A stretch of DNA of 64,000 nt from Vulcanimicrobiota bacterium (GTDB lineage: Bacteria > Vulcanimicrobiota > Xenobia > Xenobiales > JADMJV01), in NCBI GenBank assembly GCA_050250895.1, contig JBFWNU010000005.1, positions 384,001 through 448,000 on the forward strand, read 5' to 3'. Each line of letters begins with the position of its first letter. Within the stretch, counting starts at the first letter, position 1. Shown one piece after another: positions 32,470-42,122 of this stretch. Under the pieces are notes generated by a model, which worked only from the letters and a program-made list of their open reading frames with translations, was not told where the DNA came from and ran no database searches. A program made the translations under genes and the position numbers.

Positions 32470-34320
32470 ATGAGTAAGCCTCAGCTGGATGAGGAGTCGA
32501 ACCGGGGCCTTCGCCTCTTTTTACTCGGGGTTCGATTTGTAGGGCTGCTGGCGGCGTCATTGATGTCTGGGTTTCATCAGGATCCGGTCACTCTGGCCGA
32601 CGACCTGGCGGGCTACGGACTGTACATCACCCTGGGGGTCGGTGCCTATCACCTGATCGCCGGTCTCCTCTCGCTCAAGGTCGAGAAAGCGCTGGCGGCT
32701 TTGTTGATCATGGCCGATGTCGGCATCGGGGTGATGATGACCTATCTCTATGGTCAGCCGTATTTTATCCTGGTTTTCACCCTTCCCGTCATTGAATTGG
32801 CGGCGTTTTTTGGTCACCTGGCGGCATTTTTCGCAGCCTTCCTCGGGCTGATCTTCTATGCCGTCATTTACGCCTTTCCGTTCTTGAACATGCTCGAGAA
32901 CGCGCAGAATCCCCCCTATATCAAGGCCCAGCTCCACCTCTCCGGAGTTCAGGGCGCTCTCTCCGTGCTCTTGATCTGGCTTTACGCCCTGGCCGTGGCC
33001 GAGGTGGGCAAGCGTGAGACCATGGCCACCGAGGCCAAACAACAGCGGGATCTGCTCTATCAAGAGATCCAGTCAAAGACCGCCGAAGTCGGGGAGATCT
33101 ACGGCGAAGTCGGCCAGCGCGAGGCGCGGGTCATCGAGATGGAAGCCGAGATCAAATCGCTGCGAGAAGAACTCGAGGTCTCCTATCGAGACCTGGCCGA
33201 GTCCAAAATGACCCTCAATCGGCACGAGTCGGTCATGGAAGAGACTCAGAACATGCTCGCTGATGAACTCCAGCGCGAGAAAGCGGCCCTCGAACGAACG
33301 GGCTCCCGGCTCAAGCGGACCCTCGAACAGAAGACTCGCCTGCTCGAGATCTTTCAACAGATCGCGGCCAGTCTCTCGATTGACGAGACGCTGCTGGCCC
33401 TGGTCTTTCATCTACAGTCGCTCTTTCCGTCCAAGACCTGCGTCATCTTCGTGTTAGACGAAGTCGATGGGCACCGACAACTGTTTCCTGAGGTGGCTGA
33501 CTCCCCCCATACCGACTATTTCCGCACGCTGGTCTTGCAGGTGGGCGAGGAGGCGCCGGGCTGGGCGGTGGCCAGTGGGCGCAGTCTCAAGATCGACAAC
33601 CAGGTGGCTCTGGTCGAAGGGGTCGAGGTGCGCACCTTGCCCGGCCAGGGAGCCAGCGCTCTGGTGGCCCCGCTCGCCTCGCAGGCCGTTCACGGAGCGA
33701 TCTATCTCGGCCGCGAAGAGCCCGAGGCCTTCTCGCCCGAAGACCTGGCCCTGCTCGACGAGTTCGTGCACATGGCCGGTCTGGCCGTGGGCAACGCCCT
33801 CGAGTTCCGCCAGCGCATCAATCGGGGTCTCAACGACCCGGTCACCCACCTCTACAACGGCCTCTACCTTGAGGAGCGAATGAAAGAGGAGGTGCGCCGC
33901 GGCCGCCGCTACACCTATCCCGTCTCGCTGATTCTGGTCGACATCGACCGCTTCGCAGGCGTGGCCGAGCAATTGGGTCAGGAGTTTGCCGAGGGCGTCC
34001 TGCGCGAGATCGCCGAGGTGCTGCGCGAAGCCACTCGCGAGACCGACGTTCCGGCCCGGGTCGAGGGCGACGACTTCGGTGTGCTGCTGGTCCATTCGGA
34101 CCGTAACAACGCCAAGGTGATTGGCGAGCGCATTCGCTCGGAAGTGGCCGGGCGCGAGTTCGGCGTCGGTCGCAATCGAGTGCGCCTGACCGTCTCGGTG
34201 GGAGTGGCCGGCGTGCCTCATGACGCCACCACCGACGAACACCTGCGCCTGCGCGCCCACGGCGCCCTCGAGCAAGCGCAGGGAATGGGCGGCAACCAGG
34301 TCTCTTTCTACGACGGCTAG
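32470..34320 (+). CDS. TM-coiled-coil-GAF-GGDEF protein with degenerate active site (EGDDF)
   Basis: DPVTHLYN, DIDRF, RETD I-site, RVEGDDF, VSVGVA. Confidence 0.88.
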   Translation: MSKPQLDEESNRGLRLFLLGVRFVGLLAASLMSGFHQDPVTLADDLAGYGLYITLGVGAYHLIAGLLSLKVEKALAALLIMADVGIGVMMTYLYGQPYFILVFTLPVIELAAFFGHLAAFFAAFLGLIFYAVIYAFPFLNMLENAQNPPYIKAQLHLSGVQGALSVLLIWLYALAVAEVGKRETMATEAKQQRDLLYQEIQSKTAEVGEIYGEVGQREARVIEMEAEIKSLREELEVSYRDLAESKMTLNRHESVMEETQNMLADELQREKAALERTGSRLKRTLEQKTRLLEIFQQIAASLSIDETLLALVFHLQSLFPSKTCVIFVLDEVDGHRQLFPEVADSPHTDYFRTLVLQVGEEAPGWAVASGRSLKIDNQVALVEGVEVRTLPGQGASALVAPLASQAVHGAIYLGREEPEAFSPEDLALLDEFVHMAGLAVGNALEFRQRINRGLNDPVTHLYNGLYLEERMKEEVRRGRRYTYPVSLILVDIDRFAGVAEQLGQEFAEGVLREIAEVLREATRETDVPARVEGDDFGVLLVHSDRNNAKVIGERIRSEVAGREFGVGRNRVRLTVSVGVAGVPHDATTDEHLRLRAHGALEQAQGMGGNQVSFYDG

Positions 34321-35540
34321 CCGGGCTTCCGCGCGGAAGTAGCCGGCTCGTCTTCCAGCTGGAAGTAGCCCGGCCGAGTACGGCGCCACCAGGTGCCGAA
34401 TTCGGCGCTACCCAGCGCCGTACTCCAGGCCTAACTCCCACACCTGGCCCACGCCGCGCACGGCGCCGAATCGCCGCCCGGGCTTTGGCCAGCTGAGCCT
34501 GGTTGGCCGGTCTTCCGCGCGGAGCTAGCCGGCTCGTCTTCCAGCTGGAAGTGGCCCGGCCGAGGACGGCGCCACCAGGTGCCGAATTCGGCGCTACCCA
34601 GCGCCGTACTCTAGGCCTAACTCGCCACACCTGGCCCATGCCGCCAAAAGCTGCCGAATCGCCGCCCTTGGCTGGGTGGCCTCGGGCCGCCCCGCCCGTT
34701 CTTCCGCGCGGAGCTAGCCGGCTTGTCTTCCAGCTGGAAGTAGCCCGGCCGAGTACGGCGCCACCAGGTGCCGAATTCGGCGCTACCCAGCGCCGTACTC
34801 CAGGCTAACTCGCCAGACCTGGCCCATGCCGTGCACGGCGCCGAATCGCCGCCCTTGGCTGAGTGGCCTCGGGCTGCCCGGGCTTTGGCCAGCTGAGCCT
34901 GGTTGGCCGTTCTTCCGCGCGGAGCTAGCCGGCTCGTCTTCCAGCTGGAAGTAGCCGGCCGAGTATGGCACCACCAGGTGCCGAATTCGGCGCTACCCAG
35001 CGCCGTACTCTAGGCCTAACTCGCCACACCTGGCCCATGCCGCCAAAAGCTGCCGAATCGCCGCCCGGGCTTTGGCCAGCTGAGCCTGGTTGGCCGGTCT
35101 TCCGCGCGGAGCTAGCCGGCTCGTCTTCCAGTTGGAAGTAGCCCGGCCAAGTACGGCGCCACCAGGTGCCGAATTCGGCGCTACCCAGCGCCGTACTCTA
35201 GGCCTAACTCGCCACACCTGGCCCATGCCGCCAAAAGCTGCCGAATCGCCGCCTTTGGCTGGGTGGCCTCGGGCCGCCCCGCCCGTTCTTCCGCGCGGAG
35301 CTAGCCGGCTTGTCTTCCAGCTGGAAGTAGCCCGGCCGAGGACGGCACCACCAGGTGCCGAATTCGGCGCTACCCAGCGCCGTACTCCAGGCCTAACCCG
35401 CCGGACCTGGCCCATGCCGCGCACGCCGAATCGCCGCCCTTGGCTGGGTGGCCTCGGGCCGCCCCGCCCGCCGTCCGCGGGGAGCTAGCCGGCTTGTCTT
35501 CCAGCTGGAAGTGGCCCGGCCGAGTACGGCGCTGCCCAGC
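34321..35540. repeat. tandem array of ~6.3 palindrome-rich ~187-bp units (REP/BIME-like)
   Basis: Unit starts near 34326, 34512, 34701, 34912, 35099, 35288 and 35473; palindromes CTTCCAGCTGGAAG and GCCGAATTCGGC, inverted repeat GAGTACGGCGC/GCGCCGTACTC. Confidence 0.92.
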
Positions 35541-35631
35541 GCAGGCCAAAGACGCCCAAACGCTGCGTCGTTCGGGTAACGAAGAGTTTACATCCGCTAC
35601 TCCATGATCGCTCCTCAAGTTGCTAAAAACA

Positions 35632-35640
35632 TGTTATAAT
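35632..35640 (+). promoter_or_regulatory. extended -10 promoter (TGnTATAAT)
   Basis: TGTTATAAT about 30 nt upstream of GGAGG-N6-ATG 35672. Confidence 0.6.
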
Positions 35641-35671
35641 TGGGCCTGTTTTAAGAATCTGGAGGCCACCA

Positions 35672-36625
35672 ATGCATATCAATCCACACCTCGGCACAGG
35701 CGCCCCGGTCGCTCGCGCGAACACTCCTTTCATGCCGCCGGCCGCTCCCCCGGCGCCCCCTCAGGCCCAGCAGGGCCCCAGCGACGGGGTCTCGCTGAAC
35801 GCCACCCCCTCCGGAGTCAAGTTTCAGGTCACGCCTTCCGTCAAAGAAGGCCAGCAAGTCTTCGCCCTCACCGTGGCCATTCCGGCCAGCCCGCTGGTAG
35901 CCGGCGGTGCTGTCATCGAGATCGTGCGTAACAGTGCTGGCCAGGTGGTCGAGAGCAAGGCCCAGGTAGGCGCCGAAGAGCGCCAGGTTCACGCGGGCGA
36001 GATGGGCAATGTGTTCGTCTCCACCGGCGACGGTCAGCCCTGGCTCTATCTCAACGACAACGCCCAGGACCCCCAAAACTTCTTGACCTACGGCATGTCC
36101 GACGCTCCCACCCGCACCCCCGACGGGGCTACCGTCCGCGAGCGTCAGGAATACGTCAAAGCCGACGGCACCCGCAACGTGGTTCACCACGAAGTGTCTC
36201 GCCCCGGCGAGCGCACTTTCACCTCGGTCGAATTCAAGCCCGATGGGACCACCTACGCCGCCAAGGTCGAAGACCACGGTGGCAAGCCGGCTGACGAGAT
36301 CGGCATCAACAACATCAGCGGCACCCTCAAGCGCTCCATGAACCTGTTCGGAGGTGGCGGGGGCTGGAAAGAGACCGCCATGAAAGCCACCGTCATCGAC
36401 GGCGGCGCCATTCGACTTACCGGCGATGCCAGTCCGGCTGATGCCAAGAAAGCTGCCCTGCGCAGCGGTCAGGCTCCCGACATGGCGATGATCAGCGGTT
36501 TCGGCACCAGTCTGTGGGGCCGGTTCCAGGGCTCGACCAACGAGATCATCGTGCCCATTTCGGCGCAGGCTCCGGCGGCGGCCAGGCCTCCTCAGATGCC
36601 GTTCATGCCACCCCCTCAGACCTAG
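35672..36625 (+). CDS. hypothetical protein, paralog of the N-terminal domain of 30257-32392
   Basis: Shared YGM...P.G.T...QEY..ADG.R..V...G.R.F motif; GGAGG RBS. Confidence 0.8.
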   Translation: MHINPHLGTGAPVARANTPFMPPAAPPAPPQAQQGPSDGVSLNATPSGVKFQVTPSVKEGQQVFALTVAIPASPLVAGGAVIEIVRNSAGQVVESKAQVGAEERQVHAGEMGNVFVSTGDGQPWLYLNDNAQDPQNFLTYGMSDAPTRTPDGATVRERQEYVKADGTRNVVHHEVSRPGERTFTSVEFKPDGTTYAAKVEDHGGKPADEIGINNISGTLKRSMNLFGGGGGWKETAMKATVIDGGAIRLTGDASPADAKKAALRSGQAPDMAMISGFGTSLWGRFQGSTNEIIVPISAQAPAAARPPQMPFMPPPQT

Positions 36626-36653
36626 GCTGAAGGCCCTGTCCGCTTTTGCGCGA

Positions 36654-37556
36654 ATGGGGCTGGCCATGAAGGCTAGCGAGAAAACCCTACCAACTCCTTT
36701 GGACCCGGTGGTTCCTGATTCACGGGATCCTGGATATGGGTTGGGAGCCAAGATCGGGACAAACCAGCCCGACCTGCGTAAGAATCCGGGATTGTGGCCG
36801 ATGTTCCTGGTTTACGGGCCGGGGCTGATTCGCCGGACTTTGGGTCTGGCGAGTCAGGCTGAGCAGATCGCCGATCTCGGCTGTGGCTGTGGCTGGCTGA
36901 CCCTCGAGATGGCCCGGGCCAACCGGCAAGCTGTCGTGCACGGGGTCGACAAGAACGAAAAGCTGATTCGCTGGGCCGATACCTACTATCAGCGCTTCGC
37001 CGGCAGCGGGCAAATGGGCGAGATCAGCTACACGGCCAGTGACATCTCGCTGTTCGAGCTGACTCCCGGGCGCTATGACATGATCGTGGTCTCGTTCTTG
37101 ATGAGCTGTCTGGAGAACCCCGGAGAGTTGCTCAGTCGCGCCCATCGGGCTCTTAAGCCCGGCGGCACCCTGGTCTACTACGACGCCTGCGAACCCTCCG
37201 CCGTCACCCTCGACCGCCTGGCGCGCTTGCGCCATACCCTGGCCAGAGCTCGGGGCAAGATGAGCGACCCGTGGAGCGAGCGCCGACGCCTGCAGGCGGG
37301 CTTTGCCAAAGACGCGGTGCGCCGCCAGCGCCCCGAGAAGGCGCCCCCCGAGCAGCATCTCTTTCACCGCATCGAGGAGATGTTCGAGGTCACCTACGAA
37401 ACGCGCACCCGAGCTTTCATCGATCTCAGTCTGCCGAGGATCCCCCCGCGGCGGGTAATGCTTTACGTGCCTTTCTACAAGCTCGTCGACGAGCTTTGCA
37501 TGGCCATTGGCTATCTCGAGGGCAGCTGTCGTTACGTCGTAGCCCGCAAACGCTAG
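36654..37556 (+). CDS. class I SAM-dependent methyltransferase
   Basis: DLGCGCG, GVD, YDMIV, LKPGG. Confidence 0.88.
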   Translation: MGLAMKASEKTLPTPLDPVVPDSRDPGYGLGAKIGTNQPDLRKNPGLWPMFLVYGPGLIRRTLGLASQAEQIADLGCGCGWLTLEMARANRQAVVHGVDKNEKLIRWADTYYQRFAGSGQMGEISYTASDISLFELTPGRYDMIVVSFLMSCLENPGELLSRAHRALKPGGTLVYYDACEPSAVTLDRLARLRHTLARARGKMSDPWSERRRLQAGFAKDAVRRQRPEKAPPEQHLFHRIEEMFEVTYETRTRAFIDLSLPRIPPRRVMLYVPFYKLVDELCMAIGYLEGSCRYVVARKR

Positions 37557-37560
37557 GGGC

Positions 37561-38139
37561 CTAGTGGGCGCCCTCGAGGATGATCTCGCTGATACAGGTG
37601 TCGGCGTAGTCGGTGCCGGGATAGGTGTCGACGATGGTCAGGCGGATCTTGTCGGGATAGCCGACTTCGGTCTGGGGCACTCGGATGGATTGGACCGAGG
37701 CCGTGTCTTTGAGGACCACCCGGCCGAGAGATTGGCCATTGAGCGAGAGTTCGAGGGTTTTGACGCGAGAGTTTTTCTTCCACAACTCGGGCGACTTGGC
37801 GTAGCCATTGACCAGACTGACTCCGTTCCAGTTGGAACGTTGCTTCTCGTCGGCGTTGCCCAGGCTCATCTCGAGCCAGGCTCCGGGGCCCCTGGGCACG
37901 GCCCAACAGGTAGAAAAGTCGACATCGGTGGCCTGCTCGGCGCCGTAAGAGAGGGCGCCGGAAGGCGTGAGCTGGCCGCTGGCCCTGGTGGTCCAGGGTA
38001 GGGCGCAGGCCAGCGAGCAGCCTCCGAAATAGCCCAGCGACTCTTCACCGGGAAAGCTCTTTTCCACCACTTCGGTGGTCAGACTGGCCGCTACCGCGGC
38101 CGCGGAAAGCAAGGTGAGAACCAGCAAGCGCAGGCGCAT
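37561..38139 (-). CDS. secreted discoidin/NADase-type glycan-binding domain protein
   Basis: Signal peptide; D....TCW, NGYAKS...W.KNSRVK, YPG..Y.DTCISEI. Confidence 0.7.
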   Translation of the reverse strand: MRLRLLVLTLLSAAAVAASLTTEVVEKSFPGEESLGYFGGCSLACALPWTTRASGQLTPSGALSYGAEQATDVDFSTCWAVPRGPGAWLEMSLGNADEKQRSNWNGVSLVNGYAKSPELWKKNSRVKTLELSLNGQSLGRVVLKDTASVQSIRVPQTEVGYPDKIRLTIVDTYPGTDYADTCISEIILEGAH

Positions 38140-39575
38140 TAGACTTCTCCTTGACCGTTTTGATCGAGCATGCGATTGCGCATCTCGAAGAGCTTGGGGC
38201 TCAGCCCCATCCAGTAGATATGGGGATTGACCCGTCGCTTGTATTCGTCGCGCAACAGGCCAAGACTTTCGACGGTGCGGGCGCGCAGTTGGGTGAGGGC
38301 GGGAAAGTCATAGACCACCTGGCCGTCGCGCAGCACCGGTTCGAGCAGCGGACGCCAGCGGGCCCCCCGGATCTTGCGGTTCATGTTGGCGTAGAGCGGG
38401 TGATAGGTCTTGACCCGCTCGCCGTCGCTCACGGTTTCGTCTTCGAGGGTGAGCATGTCGCCCACTACCTGGCCTTCTTCGTCAAAGGCCCGCCACACCT
38501 GTTTGACCCCCGGCACGGTCGTCTTCTCGGGGTTGGACGAGACTTTGATGCGCGGCTCCATCACCCCGTTGACCTCGGCGGCGGCGAGCTTGTAGACGCC
38601 GCCCAGGGCCGACTGGCCCTTGCTGGTCACCAGGTGGGTGCCGACTCCCCAAATATCGATCTTGGCGCCCTGGGAGATGAGGTTAGCGATGAGGTACTCG
38701 TCGAGATCGTTGGAGGCCACGATGCGCGCATGCTCGAGCCCGGCTTCATCGAGCATGCGGCGAGATTCTTTGCTGAGATAGGCCAGGTCGCCCGAGTCCA
38801 GGCGCACGCCGTCGAAGCGGTGGCCTTTGGCCTCGAGTTCTTTGGCCACGATGATGGCGTTGGGCATACCGCTCTCGAGGGTGTCGTAGGTGTCCACCAG
38901 CAGGGTGCAGCTGTCGGGATAACATTCGGCGTAGGTGCGAAACGCCTCGAGTTCGGTGGGGAAGGACATGATCCAGGAGTGGGCGTGGGTGCCTTTGACG
39001 GGGATGCCGTAGACCTTGCCGGCCAGGGTGTTCGAAGTGGCCGTGCAGCCCCCCAGAAAAGAGGCCCGACTGGCGCTGAGCGCACCGTCGATGCCCTGAG
39101 CCCGGCGCAGTCCGAACTCGAGCACCGAGCCGCCCCTGGAGGCCACGTACATGCGGGCGGCCTTGGTGGCGATCAGGGTCTGGAAGTTGATGATGTTGAG
39201 CAGGGCCGACTCGACCAGCTGGGCCTCCGGAATGGTGGCCTCGACGCGCAGCAAGGGCTCGCCAGGAAAGACCAGGCTGCCCTCGGGCACGGCCCGCACC
39301 GAACCCCGAAAGCGAAAGCCCTTTAGCCATTCGAGAAACTCTTCGCGAAACTGGCCGAGGCTGCGCAGATAGTCGAGCTGGTCGGGTTCGAAGCGCAGGT
39401 TGGTGAGGTAGTCCACGGCCGGCTCTAGCCCGGCGGCGATGCAGAAGCCGCCGTCATGGGGGTTGCGCCGAAAATAGAGTTCAAAGCAGGCGCGCTGGGT
39501 GGACTTGCCAGACTGGTGATAGCCGGCCAGCATGGTGAGCTGGTAGAAGTCGGTGAGAAGACTGAGATTCTCCAT
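38139..39575 (-). CDS. pncB: nicotinate phosphoribosyltransferase
   Basis: LLTDFYQLTM, EFGLRRAQG, GTHAHSW, LVDTYD, RLDSGDL, GGVYKL. Confidence 0.95.
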   Translation of the reverse strand: MENLSLLTDFYQLTMLAGYHQSGKSTQRACFELYFRRNPHDGGFCIAAGLEPAVDYLTNLRFEPDQLDYLRSLGQFREEFLEWLKGFRFRGSVRAVPEGSLVFPGEPLLRVEATIPEAQLVESALLNIINFQTLIATKAARMYVASRGGSVLEFGLRRAQGIDGALSASRASFLGGCTATSNTLAGKVYGIPVKGTHAHSWIMSFPTELEAFRTYAECYPDSCTLLVDTYDTLESGMPNAIIVAKELEAKGHRFDGVRLDSGDLAYLSKESRRMLDEAGLEHARIVASNDLDEYLIANLISQGAKIDIWGVGTHLVTSKGQSALGGVYKLAAAEVNGVMEPRIKVSSNPEKTTVPGVKQVWRAFDEEGQVVGDMLTLEDETVSDGERVKTYHPLYANMNRKIRGARWRPLLEPVLRDGQVVYDFPALTQLRARTVESLGLLRDEYKRRVNPHIYWMGLSPKLFEMRNRMLDQNGQGEV

Positions 39576-39657
39576 TGAGCCACCCTGTTAGGCAATCGCC
39601 TCCAACCTCCTGTTGGGGTTCGAAGGGTCGCCTGGCGGGCTGGTTGAAAGGCCTGCC

Positions 39658-40539
39658 ATGGTTTATGCAATGGAAGAGCTGGCCTGGGGCGAGGTGCGTC
39701 GCCTGGGCCATCGCGGTGCCCTGTTCATGCTGCCGATCGGACCGCTCGAAGACCACGGTCCGCACCTGCCCTGCGGCGTCGACTGGTTCACCGCCCGCGA
39801 GATGACCCGTGAGCTGGCCGAGACCTTGTCTCGAAAGCGCCAGGTCGAGGTGGTGGTGTTGCCTTGCCTGGCCCTGGGAGCGAGTATGCTCTATAGCCTG
39901 GGGTGCGTGCGCATTCCCATGACGACCATGGGCAAAGTGGTGGAGAAGATGGGAATGGAGCTGGCCCGCGAGGGAGTACGCAAGACGGTGGTGGTGACCA
40001 CCCACGGGGCCATCAGCCACCTGGCCGTGCTCGACCGAGCCTGCGCCCGGGTCACCCGCAACTCTCGCATGCAGATGATCAGCCCCTGTCGCGAGATCAT
40101 CATGCACTTTCTTTCGGGCGGGCTTCGCCAAGAGTTAGAAACGGCGCTGGGGCGCAATCTGGGGGAAGAGGCGTGGCAGTCGCTCACCAGCGACTATCAC
40201 GCTGGCGCCTGGGAGACGGGCTTGATGCTTCGCTATCGCCCCGAGCTGGTGGCCGACTTCCATCGCGAGTTGCCGCCCCATCGAGTCGAGGTCGGAGCCC
40301 TCACCGGACTGCGTGGGCTCAACACCCATCGCGGCTATTTTGGGGACCCGGCTCTGGGCAGCAAAGAGTTAGGCGACGTAGCCGCCGAGGTCCTGATCGA
40401 CCGCGGGGTCAAGGTCCTCGAGGAGTTTCTCGACCGTCCCCAGCAACCGTCTTCCAACCGCTGGTGGGCCTGGGCTGCGGCCGCCCTGGTGGGGGTCAGC
40501 CTAGGAGTGGCCTACCAGCGGGGAAAGTCGGATGAGTAA
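39658..40539 (+). CDS. creatininase/mycofactocin MftE-like amidohydrolase with C-terminal TM anchor
   Basis: EDHGPHLPCGVD, THG, DYHAGAWET. Confidence 0.85.
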   Translation: MVYAMEELAWGEVRRLGHRGALFMLPIGPLEDHGPHLPCGVDWFTAREMTRELAETLSRKRQVEVVVLPCLALGASMLYSLGCVRIPMTTMGKVVEKMGMELAREGVRKTVVVTTHGAISHLAVLDRACARVTRNSRMQMISPCREIIMHFLSGGLRQELETALGRNLGEEAWQSLTSDYHAGAWETGLMLRYRPELVADFHRELPPHRVEVGALTGLRGLNTHRGYFGDPALGSKELGDVAAEVLIDRGVKVLEEFLDRPQQPSSNRWWAWAAAALVGVSLGVAYQRGKSDE

Positions 40540-41764
40540 ACCGATCGAGCTGGTGATCTGCGGGGCCGGCAGTCGCGGCCTCGAGATCTACGCCGACTAT
40601 GCTCGTCGCTACCCGGACCGGGCTCGGGTGGTGGCCGTGGCCGAGCCGCAACCCAGCCGGCGCGAGTTGGCCCGCCAACGCCTGGGGCTCTCGCGGGACC
40701 AGCTCTTTGGCGACTGGCGCGAGGTGTTGGCCCAGCCCCGGCTGGGCCAGGCGGCGGTAGTGGCCACTCAGGACCAGCATCACACCGAACCGGCGATCGC
40801 TTTAATGCGAGCGGGCTATGACGTGCTGCTGGAGAAACCGATGGCCACCAACGAAGAGGACTGCCGCCGCATCGTCGAGGCCTCGGAAGCGAGCGGTCAG
40901 TTGCTGGCCGTGTGCCATGTGCTACGCTACTCGCCCTACTTTTGCGAGCTCAAGCGCTTCATCGAGTCGGGGGCGCTGGGAGAGTTGGCCTCGATTCGGC
41001 ACTTCGAGCCGGTCAACTTCTGGCACTTCGCCCACTCGTTCGTGCGCGGCAACTGGCGCCGGTCGGATCAATCCTCGCCTTTCATCCTGGCCAAGTGCTG
41101 CCACGACATGGACATCATGCTGTATCTGCTGGGCCGGTCCTGCACCCGCCTTACCAGCTTTGGCCGCCTGGCCCACTTTCGCAGTCAGTGCCGACCGGCC
41201 GAGGCTACCGACCGCTGCCTGGACTGCCCGGTCAGCCAGTGTCCCTACTCGGCCTCGCGTTTCTATTTCGGCGAACTCGAGCGGGGCAATCTGGGCTGGC
41301 CCCTCGATGTGATTACCGAGGACTTTAGCCATTCGGGGGTCGAGAAGGCTCTGCGCGAGGGCCCTTACGGCCGCTGCGTCTATGACTGCGACAACGACGT
41401 GGTCGATCACCAGGTGGTCTGCCTCGAGTTTGAAGGAGGGGTGACGGCTACCTTCACGGCGGCCGCCTTCACCGACCATCGCGAGCGCGAGACCGAGGTG
41501 ATGGGCAGCCACGGCTGCCTGCGGGGCGACGGTCGCTGGCTGACCTATGACGATTTCACGACGCGCCAGCAAAAGCGCTGGGAAGTCAAGTTCGAGGGGC
41601 ACCACCTGGGAGGCGACGACGCGATGATGAACGAGTTCGTAGCCGCCGTACAAGAAAGAAACCCGTCCAGAATCCGGACGGGTGCACGCGTTTCGCTAGA
41701 ATCTCATTTGCTGGCCTTTGCGGCCGAGCGGTCCCGCCTCAACGGGACGGTCGAGAGATTCTAA
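40532..41764 (+). CDS. Gfo/Idh/MocA family oxidoreductase
   Basis: GAGSRG, EKPMA, HSFVRGNWR, KCCHDMD, GPYGRCVY. Confidence 0.93.
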   Translation: MSKPIELVICGAGSRGLEIYADYARRYPDRARVVAVAEPQPSRRELARQRLGLSRDQLFGDWREVLAQPRLGQAAVVATQDQHHTEPAIALMRAGYDVLLEKPMATNEEDCRRIVEASEASGQLLAVCHVLRYSPYFCELKRFIESGALGELASIRHFEPVNFWHFAHSFVRGNWRRSDQSSPFILAKCCHDMDIMLYLLGRSCTRLTSFGRLAHFRSQCRPAEATDRCLDCPVSQCPYSASRFYFGELERGNLGWPLDVITEDFSHSGVEKALREGPYGRCVYDCDNDVVDHQVVCLEFEGGVTATFTAAAFTDHRERETEVMGSHGCLRGDGRWLTYDDFTTRQQKRWEVKFEGHHLGGDDAMMNEFVAAVQERNPSRIRTGARVSLESHLLAFAAERSRLNGTVERF

Positions 41765-42027
41765 CGAGAAGCCGTCTTGTTGCACTTGGCGCAGTCGGTC
41801 TTGGCGCTGAACCAACCGCAATCGCCGCATTCGGCGTTAGCCTGGCTCTTTTGCTCGGCGCAGCAGCCCTGGTCGGCTTTTTTGGCCTGTTTGTCGGCGC
41901 AGCAAGGCTTTTCGGCAGCCTGCGAGACCTGGGTCTTGTTGGCGCAACAGCTTTCGTTCTTGGCTTGTGACCAGACCGGCGAATAAAGGGCGGCAGCGAT
42001 GAGAGCCGCAGCTAAAATCTTACGCAT
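41761..42027 (-). CDS. small secreted cysteine-rich protein
   Basis: GGAGG RBS, signal peptide, three CCA repeats plus two CxxC. Confidence 0.7.
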   Translation of the reverse strand: MRKILAAALIAAALYSPVWSQAKNESCCANKTQVSQAAEKPCCADKQAKKADQGCCAEQKSQANAECGDCGWFSAKTDCAKCNKTASR

Positions 42028-42122
42028 TTCAATCCTCCTAGAGATATCCTCTCATTCCCACATCGGGGCCTCGAAAACCTGCCAGGCAGGGTGCTGGGGT
42101 CCTAGCGAGAAGCTCCAATCTC

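Noticed and set aside
34321-35540. CRISPR array or integron attC cassette array
   Set aside because: Units are ~187 bp with only two alternating linker alleles rather than unique spacers; there are no ORF cassettes, integrase or cas genes.
33842-35618. ORFs translated from the repeat array (e.g. 33842-34639, 34993-35424, 35090-35488)
   Set aside because: The frame shifts between units and the products are Arg/Pro/Ala-rich GC artefacts without an RBS.
37561-39575. NAD-toxin system from pncB plus an NADase-type binding domain
   Set aside because: The small protein shows only the binding-type domain with no catalytic NADase; adjacency alone is insufficient.
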